A stretch of 64,000 bases of DNA from Strigamia acuminata (taxonomy: Eukaryota), in the NCBI GenBank assembly GCA_949358305.1, contig OX442314.1, forward strand, positions 7,192,001 through 7,256,000, written 5' to 3'. Shown one piece after another: positions 1-11,500 of this stretch. The translations under genes and the position numbers were made by a program. The notes beneath the pieces are model-generated. The model was not told the origin of the DNA, ran no database searches, and saw only the letters and a list, made by a program, of their open reading frames with translations. Numbering within the stretch: the stretch's first letter is position 1; each line of letters starts with the position of its first letter.

Positions 1-1290
1 TATGCAGTCCTCAGGTTGCCATGGAGAAGACTGCCTCTTTACAGCGTAAAAAACGACCTCGTCTTTGCGCTATTTTAACCACCTCTTCAAATGACAACTT
101 CGAAAGATCGATTTTGGTTTGCGGAGTAGACACTACGGTGTTTGGCGACGAACGGACAGGCGACATTCCATGTGAGACACAATGTTTTTCTAGATTCGAC
201 GTTTGCATCCAAATATCCTGACTTGTAAATTCCTGCGGGCTCGTCTCATAGTTCGAACTGGACGGCGATCTTGATCTTGCGCCATGTCTACTCTTCGTGT
301 TCTAACTCTGCGCCCTCCGCCATTTTCCCTTGTAAGTTCCTTAACTTGTGGCATTGTTAGTCAAAAAGATAGATAAGAAAGAAACAGACCGTCTAATGCT
401 AACAAAACAAAATGGAGGTTTGCAATTTTCGCAAAAATTGTTCAGGTTCAAATACTAAAGCCAGGCCCCCAAGTGTCGTGACCCTGTATTTTAATTAATC
501 TAACTGAATATTAAAAGAACTAACAGTCACGGTGGGTTGCCGCGACAGGACTTACTAATACTAAAATAACTCTAATAATCTTCAACTAACTAATGAAAGA
601 TGGTGGAAATTCAATAAGAACAATTGAATTTCTCAAAATAATACAATGATTTATTCTGACTGGAAATACAGCAGTATTAAAATTGTTTTACTTAAATAAG
701 TATGATATAATAAAATAAAATAAACTTAAAACTAATATTAGTGAAAAGAAAAGACAAATGAAATCTCTTTTTTGATTTTTCTTCTAACTTCCACAGGAAG
801 CACATCCTGCCTGGCTTAGGGGACGCAGGCTCATTGCCCTGCAAAGGCTCTTTCTTTACACAAATCTATTTTTTTATGCTATACAAAATAGGACAAAAGT
901 ATTTCTGATAAGAAAAAAAAAACCATCAAATAATAATTTAACCCTTCGGTGACTACTGGGTCACCGCAATACTGGGTGAACCAAAAGTCTGTTCTCCTCA
1001 AATATTTCTTCAGCAATTGCATCTAGGCCAACTTTGATGAAGCGATCGTATAGGAAGTTGGGTGAGAGCAATCCAATAATGTCATCAAATTTGACCTTGA
1101 AGGCCATTTTCAAGGTCATTCACTTGCTAACTTCTAAACCAATCAGGTTAGAGCAAAAAGTCAATTACAAAGTTGTAGAGCACCATCAAATTAGTACTAT
1201 CCAACTTATCTTAAACAATGCTTTATTCTCATGATATAAACCTGTAAATAAATTTTCAGGTAAAAATTTTGCAACTAAGAAACTTGTAGT

Positions 1291-1317
1291 GGTCTCAAAC
1301 TTTTTTCCACCACTGTA
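1291..1317. mobile_element. Isolated Tc1/mariner-like terminal inverted repeat (right end)
   Basis: Reverse complement reads TA-CAGTGGTGGAAAAAAGTTTGAGACC, the usual Tc1-type TA+CAGTG terminus. No partner end found. Confidence 0.35.
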
Positions 1318-2202
1318 TATCCTTGGCACGTGCAACGCAAACTTTTTATAAACATTTATAATTTTTATTATAACTTTTTTACAATTTTTTTAATATAATT
1401 TTTTTGCAATTTTTTTTATTATAATTTTTTTACAATCTTTTTTATTATAACTTTTTCACAATTTTTTTATTAAAATTTTTTTAAAATTTTTTTTATTGTA
1501 ACTTTTTCACAATTTTTTTTTTATATATTTTTTACAATTTTTTTTATATTTTCTTTATAATTTTAAGTTTTTCCAACCTCTATTAGCACATACGAATAAT
1601 TTCTGTTTTGTTTGAATTTTTTATTCTCACGTGAAAATGCATTTACGATAAATATTTTTTAAATAAAAAGAAAAATAAAGATAAAATAAAATAAATGCAT
1701 TTTCAAGTGCTAAAAAAATTATTCACAAAAAAAATAATATTTTTAAATAAAAAAATCTATGTTATGACAAAGTGTATGAAATTGCATGAGAAATTACGAA
1801 AAAATGAAGAAACATTTGAAAATTTTTGAAACAATTTTGAGAAAAATTGAAAAGCTTAAAATTATAAAAAAAACTTATAATAATAATTATAAAATTTTAC
1901 CCTCGAATCAAATATATTTTTAATGTATTTTTTTTATTGCTATTTCATATTTATTCTGATAATCAACAGTCAATAAATGCTAATTAATTAAAATATTAAA
2001 ATTCTAAGTGTCGCATCAACTCAATTGAATAGAATTAATCAAACTCTATTCATATTCAATCACTTGTCCATTAAACATTAATTACTTCATTCTTTCCATA
2101 TAAACCGTATCGCAACTACGGCAGTCTCATCACAATCCAGCCCCGCAGATCTTCCACAAGCCACCTGTCAACTTTTTTCTTCTACGAGAGCATCCATTGA
2201 AA

Positions 2203-2437
2203 ATGAAATTACAAATCATCTTCTTTTGTGTTTTTGTTATTCTGTCCTGCATGGGTAAGTTATATTTTGCTCCAAAATAATCAGATCATTCATGAGCATT
2301 AACATGTTTTAATTTGGTTAGCAATCACGACTAATGCGGACTGTAGAACTGAAAGTTGCCAATACGATTGTCAATTTGGTAATCGGAATGGTGTTTGTAC
2401 CGGTACACCAAAAAAGTGTATATGCAGGCCCTCATAA
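2203..2437 (+). CDS. Secreted CSab defensin / scorpion-toxin-like peptide, 55 aa, two exons (2203-2254, 2322-2437)
   Basis: Spliced translation MKLQIIFFCVFVILSCMAITTNADCRTESCQYDCQFGNRNGVCTGTPKKCICRPS*. Hydrophobic signal peptide, phase-1 GT-AG intron at its end, C-x4-C-x3-C-x8-C-x6-C-x-C pattern. TATA-like CATATAAA at ~2097 and AATAAA at ~2518. Confidence 0.85.
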
Positions 2438-2620
2438 AGGACAACTTGAGACGATCGAGGCACCATCAACGTAAACATTTTAACAATTTTAACAATCAAT
2501 GGAAATAATTTAAAGAAAATAAAAATAAAATAAAAATAAAATGATTGTGAATTTCCTTTCTAAAAAATCCAATTGGCAACCTTTTTTTTAAAGGCTTTTA
2601 TTTAACTTGACTTGAACGTT

Positions 2621-2637
2621 TGTGTGTGTGTATGTGT

Positions 2638-2707
<70 letters not shown>
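2621..2707. repeat. (TG)n microsatellite
   Basis: Direct reading. Confidence 0.95.
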
Positions 2708-2708
<1 letters not shown>

Positions 2709-2743
2709 TGGTTCAACGTCCGGTCACGTCACGTGACCTGTTA

Positions 2744-2896
2744 CCGTACTGCCTCGATTTAACGCCGGGCCTCAATTAAACGCCGGGGGGCTAGCGGCGT
2801 GTAGTGCACTAAATGCCACCGAAAGCCGACCCGCCCGGGAGGGGGTTGACTCAGAAAAATTAATAAACGCCCCGGCGTTAAATCGAGGCAGTACGG
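2744..2896. mobile_element. 153-bp MITE with 26-bp TIRs and TA target duplication (Tc1/mariner/pogo type)
   Basis: CCGTACTGCCTCGATTTAACGCCGGG at 2744-2769 and its exact reverse complement at 2871-2896, with TA on both sides. Confidence 0.85.
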
Positions 2897-3544
2897 TAAG
2901 TAACTTTTCAAACCGCAGCGCCACCTGGCGGAAACCGTGTCCTTTAATGGATGCCAAAATGTTCGCCGATACAAATTTTGATGTTTTTGATACTAAAAAA
3001 AAAGGTTCTAAAAATTCTGAAACCAGGCTACACCTCGTTGAAACAAAAATTCCTATCTGTCTATATATTTTTTTTTAAATATTATTTAGAAAAAGTACTT
3101 TGTTGAAAGTTTTTTGGCACGATCACGGCAATCACGAAACAATCTGCGGTAGTAGCGCACTCTGGCAGCAATTTGAAAAACCAATTTGAAAGCCTTTTTC
3201 CAAAACGTAGTTTTTTATATTTACTTGTTTTAATTGTCATAATTGTCTTTTTAAAGGAAAGGCATATAAGAGAGTTACTGCCAAACAAGAGGTACAGTAT
3301 GTCCCAAATAGCTTTACTATACTATAAACTGTCTTGTGATGTTAAAAGGTAAAAAACAAACCCACAAACACCAAAAACACTTAAAACACGACTTTTTGAA
3401 TGCAGCCATTGTTAACAAATTGATTGGACCTTTGAACCATCTTTAAATTTGTCACCCAATAATCAATAAGTACAAGTTATTTCCAATACACGAGTTTTAA
3501 ATATGTTCTGTAGCAAGTTAGATAGAATACAGATAACACTTCAG

Positions 3545-3684
3545 TGAGCAGGAACAGGCCAAGATTAAGACAACTAGCTCCTGCAGTTCACCGATTGTTG
3601 ACGGATGATGCCAATAAACTAAGATGTAACTTAATCGGCTGTCATGATTTTGTCAAATCAAACACCATGAGAGCAAGCGATGTG
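3545..3684 (+). pseudogene. Degenerate partial paralogue of the DEG/ENaC N-terminus at ~6236-6382
   Basis: Nucleotide similarity (e.g. GATGATGCCAATAAACTAAGATGTAACTTAATCGGCTGT vs GATGATGCAAATAAACTGAGATGCAACATAATCGGCTGT). Breaks off at the minisatellite. Confidence 0.7.
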
Positions 3685-3712
3685 ACAAATTAAAAGTGCT
3701 ATTTATGAATAA

Positions 3713-5517
3713 CACTACCCCAAACGATCCCAAACGACGCCCAAACAAGCTGCAAACAACCTCCAAGCGAACGACCCCCAAACGAACGACCCCCAAACGA
3801 ACGACCCCCAAACAACTCCCAAACGACCCCCAAACGACTCCCAAACGATCTCTAAACGACCTCCAAACAACCCCTAAACGACCCCTAAACGACCGTCAAA
3901 CGACCTTTAAACAAACGACCCTCAAAACGACCCTCAAACGATCCCCAAACAACCTCCAAACATCCCCAAACCACTCCCAAACGTTCCCCAAATGACTACC
4001 AAACGATCCCCAAACGATCTCTAAACGATCCCTAAACAATCCCTAAACGACTTCCAAACGAACCACAAACAACCTCCAAAACGATCCCTAAAAAGACCTC
4101 CAAACGACCCCTAAACGTCCCCTAAACGACTCCTAAATGACCCCCAAACAACCTTTAAACAAACGACCCTCACAACGACCCTCATACGATCCCCAAACAA
4201 ACGACCCTCAAAACGACCCTCATACGATCCCCAAACAACTCCTAAACAACCCCCAAACGACCTCCAAACAAATGACCCCCAAACAACTCCCAAACGCCCC
4301 CAAACGACTACCAAACGATCCCCAAACGATCTCTAAACGATCCCTAAACAATCCCTAAACGACTTCCAAACGAACCACAAACAACCTCCAAAACGATCCC
4401 TAAAAAGACCTCCAAACGACCCCTAAACGTCCCCTAAACGACTCCTAAATGACCCCCAAACAACCTTTAAACAAACGACCCTCACAACGACCCTCATACG
4501 ATCCCCAAACAAACGACCCTCAAAACGACCCTCATACGATCCCCAAACAACTTCTAAACAACCCCCAAACGACCTCCAAACAAATGACCCCCAAACAACT
4601 CCCAAACGCCCCCAAACGACTACCAAACGATCCCCAAACGATCTCTAAACGATCCCTAAACGATTCCTAAACGACTTCCAAACGAACCACCCTCAAACAA
4701 CCCCCAAACGACCTCCAAACAACCCCCAAACGACGTCTAAACAACTCTTAAACAATCCCCAAATGACCTCTAGACGACCCCCAACAACCCCCAAACGACC
4801 TCCAAACGAACAATCCCAAACAATCCCTAAACGACCTTTTAACGACCCCCTTACAATCCCCAAACGACCTCCAAACGACCCCCAAACGACCCCCCAAACA
4901 ACCCCCAAACGACCTCCAAACGAACAAGTCCCAAACAACCTCCAAACGACCCCCAAACGACTCCCAAACGATCCCTAAACGATCTCTAAACGATTCCCAA
5001 ACAATCCCTATAAGATTTCCAAACGACCCCCAAACAACCCCCAAACGACCTCTAAACTACTCCCAAACGAACCCCAAACGTGCTCCAAACAACCTTTTAA
5101 CAAACAACCCCCAAACGACCCCCGAACGACTCCCGAACGACCTCCAAATGACCTCCAAATGATCCCCAAACAACCTCTATACGACCCTCAAACGACTCCC
5201 AAACGACTTCCAAACGACCCCTAAACAATTCCTAAACGACCTCCAAACGACCTTAAACGATTCCCAAGCAACCTCCATACGACTCCCAAATCACCCCCAA
5301 GCGACCCCCAAACGACCTTCAAACGACGTTTAAACAAACAACCCCCAAACGATCCCCAAATGATCCCCAAATGACTCCTAAACGACCTTTAAACAAACGG
5401 TCCCCCAAAGAACCCTCAAACAATCCCCAAATGCTCTCCAAACAAATGACTCCCAAACGACCCTCAAACGATCCCCAAATGATCAAACAAACGACCCCCA
5501 AACGACCCCCAAACGAC
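3713..5517. repeat. Degenerate ~11-bp CCCCAAACGAC minisatellite containing a 312-bp tandem duplication
   Basis: Repeating (C)nAAACGA units. Near-identical ORFs at 4137 and 4449 are 312 bp apart. Confidence 0.9.
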
Positions 5518-5639
5518 TGTTTGCTGAGTTTGTTAACATAAAAAGACTCAAAATGACAAAACGACAAAATTGCAAAAATGACAAATATGACATATGACAT
5601 AAGAGTGACATAAAAGAGACGTAAAAATGACAAACGATA

Positions 5640-5822
5640 TGAAAATGTCTTGAGAATGACATAAAAATGTCTTGAGAATGACATAAAAATGTCTTGAGAA
5701 TGACATAAAAATGTCTTGAGAATGACTTATGTCATGAGAATGACATAAAAATGTCTTGAGAATGACTTATGTCATGAGAATGACATTAAAATGTCGTAAA
5801 AATGATAAAAATGACATAAAAA
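5640..5822. repeat. Short tandem repeat (AAAATGTCTTGAGAATGACATA-type units)
   Basis: Direct reading. Confidence 0.85.
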
Positions 5823-6217
5823 GACAATTTATTGTACAAACACAAAACTCAAACCTATACACACTGCCATTAAACAGGAAAGACATCATGCTGTATATGT
5901 AGATAATGATTTTGTCAGAGTACGTACCAGTTTTGATCAACAAAGTATTAAAATGAAAAACAAACATGTTCATTTTGGTGATAAATGATAACTTATGACA
6001 ACCACAAATTCGATTCTGAACTGAGCATGGTCAGAACCGACTGCTCTGCACTGGCTTATTAACCAGATTAACTTTCCTTTATGTTCATAATACCAGCAAA
6101 AGCTGGTAAAAACATCTGAATATTCAACAATTACAAGTTGTTTCCAATATATCAATTGCCCTGAGAAAAACTTTGTTCGAAACCAGTTAGAAATCCATAT
6201 ACAGCAGATAAGATACG

Positions 6218-6897
6218 ATGCGGAATAATTATTTCATGAGAAGAAACAGGCAAAGAGTAAGAAAACAACTACGTCCTGCAATTCATCAATTATTGAAGGA
6301 TGATGCAAATAAACTGAGATGCAACATAATCGGCTGTGATGACTTTGTCAATAGCAAACATCGTGGGAATAAGCGTCATGTGTTTTGGCTTCTTTTATTT
6401 TTATTTTGCACATGCATGCTGACTTATCAGACTTATGATAGGATAATGCATTACTTAAGTTATCCAACGATTGTTGATGTAACGAGTAGATCGGAAGATG
6501 TTATTTTACCAAACTTGATGATCTGCAATAGCAATACGGAAGAAATGACCAGACTTTGGAATAATGTCAATTTAACAGCTGAACCCAACCAATGCTCTGA
6601 CATGTTGAAACCTGTGATGGCAATCCCCACTTATAATATAGAAGGAATTTGGAAGGCGACTAATTTGACGAAAGAAATAGTGAGCATAAAAACAAAAGTA
6701 AAAAGATAGAAAGAAGATATTGTTTAAGTTTCAAAGAAAAAAATCTTATTTTAATTTTTTATTTTGAACAGTCATATTCAAATTTAAACAAAACAGTTGT
6801 TCTGACTGAAATTAACAATGCTTTGGGAATATGCCCAATATTTCAATTTTGTAACTATAAACAAACATTTACTGTAGCACTATCTACTTCAATGCAC
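6218..6897 (+). CDS. DEG/ENaC (pickpocket-like) channel, 5' exons (6218-~6697, 6772-6897), apparently interrupted
   Basis: RHVFWLLLFLF...TYQTY...YLSYPTIVDV...LPNLMICNSN matches the ENaC TM1 and FPxxTxCN region; the HG motif appears as IG. Short GT-AG intron, then an exon with NALGICPIF. Similarity stops at the insertion at 6898. Confidence 0.7.
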
Positions 6898-7680
6898 TGT
6901 CACGCCCCCACCTCTCACTTCAAAACAAGGGTATTGCTTAGCTCTTGCACAGCCATCACACCTAAACACCACCATGATCACGATAATCATGATGAGGTAA
7001 AATTAATTTGGCTCATCTGCCTCAGACTAAGAGTGAAGAGAAATTGGCAGAACAAGCCTGAAATTGAAAAAATGTGCCGTTATTGGCCACAAATAACACA
7101 GAAGCCAAAATCATACCAAACTGCTTCCACCAGTGCCTGGGACAAGGTTGGTAGTCACGAAGTGAACAATCTCGTTCTCCGCATGCCAGTCGAGTCTGTA
7201 CAGTATACCTGCAGTCTACAAAAGTATACGTCACTGTACCATACACCATAGAAAAAATGCTTTACCCGGCTGTGAGATCCTACTCCCCGGTGTGACTGGA
7301 TGTGGTCTTACCGACTGCAGTATGGGGATTTACTACAATGGGAGGGACACATACTCACGTAATAACGAGACAGCAACTCCAGATTGTTGGGTTTTGGCCT
7401 TTAATCTGTTGTCTAGGGGTGGGGTCACCTATCTCACTGTGTGGCAGTGCTGTTAGGCACACTACACCGGCAACTGTCCCGTCATACACAGAACCTAAGT
7501 CCCGTGGGTGACGTGGTCATTTACATCGGACAAACATTCTGCCGTACTTACCCCGTACAGCCCATGTAGCCGCTCATGGAGGCTGCAGCAAGCACATCTT
7601 CCTGCCACTGAGTGTCACAGTGGTGAATGGTGAGAGGAGCAGAGTCAGCAGTTGTCTCTGCTCGAGTTATGACCGTAACA
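6898..7680. mobile_element. Possible solo LTR
   Basis: Starts TGTCACG and ends CGTAACA (imperfect inverted termini, TG...CA). Flanks GCAC/GCTC match only 3 of 4. Confidence 0.4.
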
Positions 7681-8532
7681 GCTCACCCTGCACGTCTTTA
7701 ACCTTCGGAAGCGAGTGCACCCGCAAAATCCGCACTTTGGGAGTGACTATTCCTCGGATTCCGGCCGGACCAAACTCTTCCGGAAAATGTCCGGGGGAAT
7801 GCTGAGAGTGCCGATAGACGACATTCGATTTTATGTCGTGGATTTTTGTGCGGTTTGCGCCGTGTTTATTATTCGTACGAGATTTGGTATTTTCGCAGGG
7901 TTGTTGTCGCGCGAGATTCATCGGGGTAAAGCGAGTTCATCAACGACCTCGCCGGTGAATGTTGCTAAAAATCTGTGCAAGTGTTGTCAAATATTGCCGT
8001 GATTCGATGGAATTTTTGTCAGACATTGGGAAATTTTTTTTGACTTGTCCAACGCGCCAGTAAATCGAGCGTCCACACGCGCCCACATGCGTGAACAGTG
8101 CACTCGCCCTCCGCGCCCCGTCGGCGTAGGCGCCGGCCGTCCCCCCTTTCTCTCTCTCTCTCTCTCTTCCGCCCGGGAATCGCCCTTCCGCCCGTCACCG
8201 AATTTTGTCAATATCTGATAAATTTCCACAGAATTGCAGCGACATTGTACGGGATATTTCTGCCCGATTTGACGGACTTATGTAAAACATTGTTGAAATT
8301 CCGTGGAAATTTATAAAATATTGACAAAGGTTGGTGACCGACCCACGGCGCGTTGCGGCGCGGTCGGAGCACGCGACCCAATCCCCCCCTCCCCCCGTCC
8401 CCAAAAAACCACGCCCCGAGGAACCCCGAGGTTCGGTTTCCGACCGGGTCGCCTCTTGATCCGACCCGGGGCGCGTCACGGCGCGGTCGGAGGACGGCCC
8501 TCGCCCCCAAAAACCACACTCCGGGTCACGTG

Positions 8533-11500
8533 TATTGAGTTGTGGTGGAAATATTGTGTGTTTGGTTGTTTGTCGCCATATTGTATAGTTTGTGAATATT
8601 TACATTACACACTTTCCGGATATGTGTAATGAATGTGCTGCTATTTAATGTCTCGATGTCGCGTTCAATCGATCTCGATTTTTATTAATGCTGGTTCTGT
8701 ACCGCGGTTGAACGTTTCCATTTAGCAGCATGCGCTGATAACATCGTCTGCTCAAAAGAGCGAGTCCTGTATTGTTATTATTGCTTAGTTATCGATTATG
8801 AATGTCATTGCTTTTATTTTATAATGTAAAGGACAAATCATTGAAATCCAACAATGATTTATCCTATTTTTCCGAGTGCAGTTGTTAGCCTCGAAGCGTG
8901 TACACTTTTATGTGATATTAAACATGGCGCACGCATGTCGGTGTCGCGCACCTGTTTAGACACTCGTCAACTCCTTTCTAACCGATGTTTTGGCCAGGAA
9001 ATCGCTTTATATGGTAGCAGAGGGTGGTTGTCGACGGCCTGACCAGTTTGTAAAGGATTTCCGACCTTTTTGGACGCGAGACGAAGCCAAGACGTCGCCC
9101 GACTTCGCCGCAAACGCGAACCGACCGACGCAGACGGATTTTCTTCGCCAAATCGATTGGAAACGATCGGCAACGTGTGCGGACATTACTACGGACATTT
9201 TAGTGTGTAAGCAGCTTTATTTCGAAATTTTTCTGTGCGAAATAAGCACTTTTTCCGACGTCGTTGTGAAATTCTCCTGCGGCGGCCATTTTGGATTCGG
9301 CCGTGAAGCGAATCGCAGCCCAGACGTGCATCTGAACCGATACACGCCAACACGACGTTATTTTGCCGAGGCAATCAGTATTGCCAGCGAGACGACGCCC
9401 ATTCACGTCGACACGACGGAGTTTCGACGCAAAACGACCGATATTTGTCGTAGGATCGTCGAGGACGAAGATTTGTTCTGTGGCGACCATTTTGATCGTT
9501 TTTCATCGCCATCGACGGTGAATATTCGTTTTGGAGCTGTGTTTACGTGTAAGTCCACGTACACAGCCATATTTAGCACGAAGAGCCGTGATTTACACCC
9601 GACGTGGAATTACGAAGGCGCGGACGTGCGCAACGACGATTTCAAGAGGAAACCCTGGTTTTGCACGCAGGGTGCACCAGTTGAGAGGGTTTCTCCTCAC
9701 ATTAGCACCCCGGCGTGCGTGTGAGTTAATTCGACACGTGAAGCCGACGTTGAACACACCGTGGGAACCGATTACGGCGCAAGGATCCCGTAATTGGCCA
9801 ACTTCACATCTAGACTGTTTTGATTTATTTGCATACTTTCGTGAAACTCTGTATAGTTTTAAGTTTTTGTTGTTGGTCCCTTGTTAGATTCGGTGCTACC
9901 CTACGTCCAGTCGGGCACGTAGCACTGTATTCTTGGCTGGGCTTATCCAGGGCCCCCAACCATCCCGCGACCCCAGGAGGTCGGACGGAAGAGTTGGTGG
10001 ATTGCCAGTCAAGGTTTTCCAATCTCACTTATTGAGATTCCCCGGGTTGAAACTGTATTTTCGCCTTCCTTTTTGGTTTTTGGGACTAGAGACAATTGTG
10101 CATTGTGTGATTAAGTGCTCCTGTGAAGTGTGTGTGCGGAATAAATTCCGAAATTGTGTTCTCTCTGTGCATAACCAATTATTATTGTGCATTTTCCTGG
10201 TGTCGTCGTGATGGCTTCAAAGCACGACGATTACAAGGATATTAAAAAGCTCGATGGCACGAACTATGCCACCTGGTCCGTGCAGGTCCAGTTATTGCTC
10301 AAATACAACGGCGTTTGGGGACATGTTAGTGGCTCTGAGCCACCACTGGCTGCAACAGCCACTGCAAAAGAGAAGCGAGAGTTTAACGCTCGAGAGGACA
10401 AGGCAATGTCCACTATCTGCATGAGTTGCGCTGAGCCGCAGCAAGTGATAGCTGTTGCCTGCCCCACCGCTGCGAAAGTTTGGGAAGCCCTAAAGGACGC
10501 TTATCAACCGACGACGAGGGCACGTCGTGCTCGGTTGCGACGTGAATTCCTCAACATGAAACTTCGAGATAATGAGGAAATGCTAGTTTTCACCGGGCGG
10601 GTCGACCGCAAAATCGTCGAACTGAAGGACGTTAAAATTGAGGTCACCGATGAATTCCAGGCATTCCAATATTTAGATCTTCTGCCCCCACAATACGAGG
10701 CTGTGAAACAGACCGCGTATCACTGGTCGGATACGGAATTCACAGCGAAAAACGTTAAAGAACGTTTACTTGGCGAGTACAATCGCCTTTATGAACAGAC
10801 CAATGAATTTGGCGTCCCACCTGTATTGGCAGACAATACTACCGCTTTCTATACTAAAGGGAAATGGAAACCTCGTGGAAAAACCCCAAATTCCCCCGGA
10901 ACTTCGCGTGGAACATGTTTTACTTGCGGTGGGTCGGGACACTTCGCCAGGGAGTGCCCATCGCCGCCGAAACAGCAAGGGACTTTCCCCGCCAGCGCTG
11001 GCTCGCCAGCCCAATTGAATCGTGGAGGCACCCGTGGCAAAGGACGAGGCAGAGGGGGTCCACAGAGAGCAAATCTCACACAACTGGACCCCTATACAGA
11101 TGAGCCCTACACTTTGTATTCTGCGGTGTCGGAAGAGAAGCCCACAGTGCCCTTATCTCTTGTGTCGCACGGAAACTACGATTCACAGTGGTACGTGGAC
11201 ACGGGAGCGACCGACCACTTTTCCTTCAACCGGAATTGGTTTTCAAACTTCAAACCGTTGTCTAACTTCAGCGTTCTACAAGGAGAAGGAAAATCGAAGA
11301 TTGAAGGTGTGGGCAACATCGTCCTCACTTCGCTCTATGGACAAAGAACGAGGAAAATAACTTTGACGAATGTATTCTTCGCACCGAATTTTCGGAAAAA
11401 CCTTATTTCGCTCGGGCGCACCGATGAGGCTGGGTTGTGCACAATTGTTAAAGATGGGAAGATGAGTATTTTCAAAGATAAAATCGAGGAACCATTGATT

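Noticed and set aside
1..480. Possible 5' end of a minus-strand LTR element (TGGGGGC PBS-like next to TGTCGTG at 474, short gag-like ORF)
   Set aside because: Only a 7-nt match to a tRNA-Pro PBS, with no definable LTR and no diagnostic protein motif.
938..966. TTAA-CCCTTCGG piggyBac-like end
   Set aside because: No partner end found, and no similarity to the 7702 end beyond a few bases.
3653..5684. ORFs in the minisatellite
   Set aside because: Artefacts of the repeat; open on both strands with low complexity.
8990..9724. 244-aa ORF in the Copia 1 leader
   Set aside because: Non-ATG start overlapping the LTR and PBS, no recognisable domain; probably a chance ORF in the 5' UTR.
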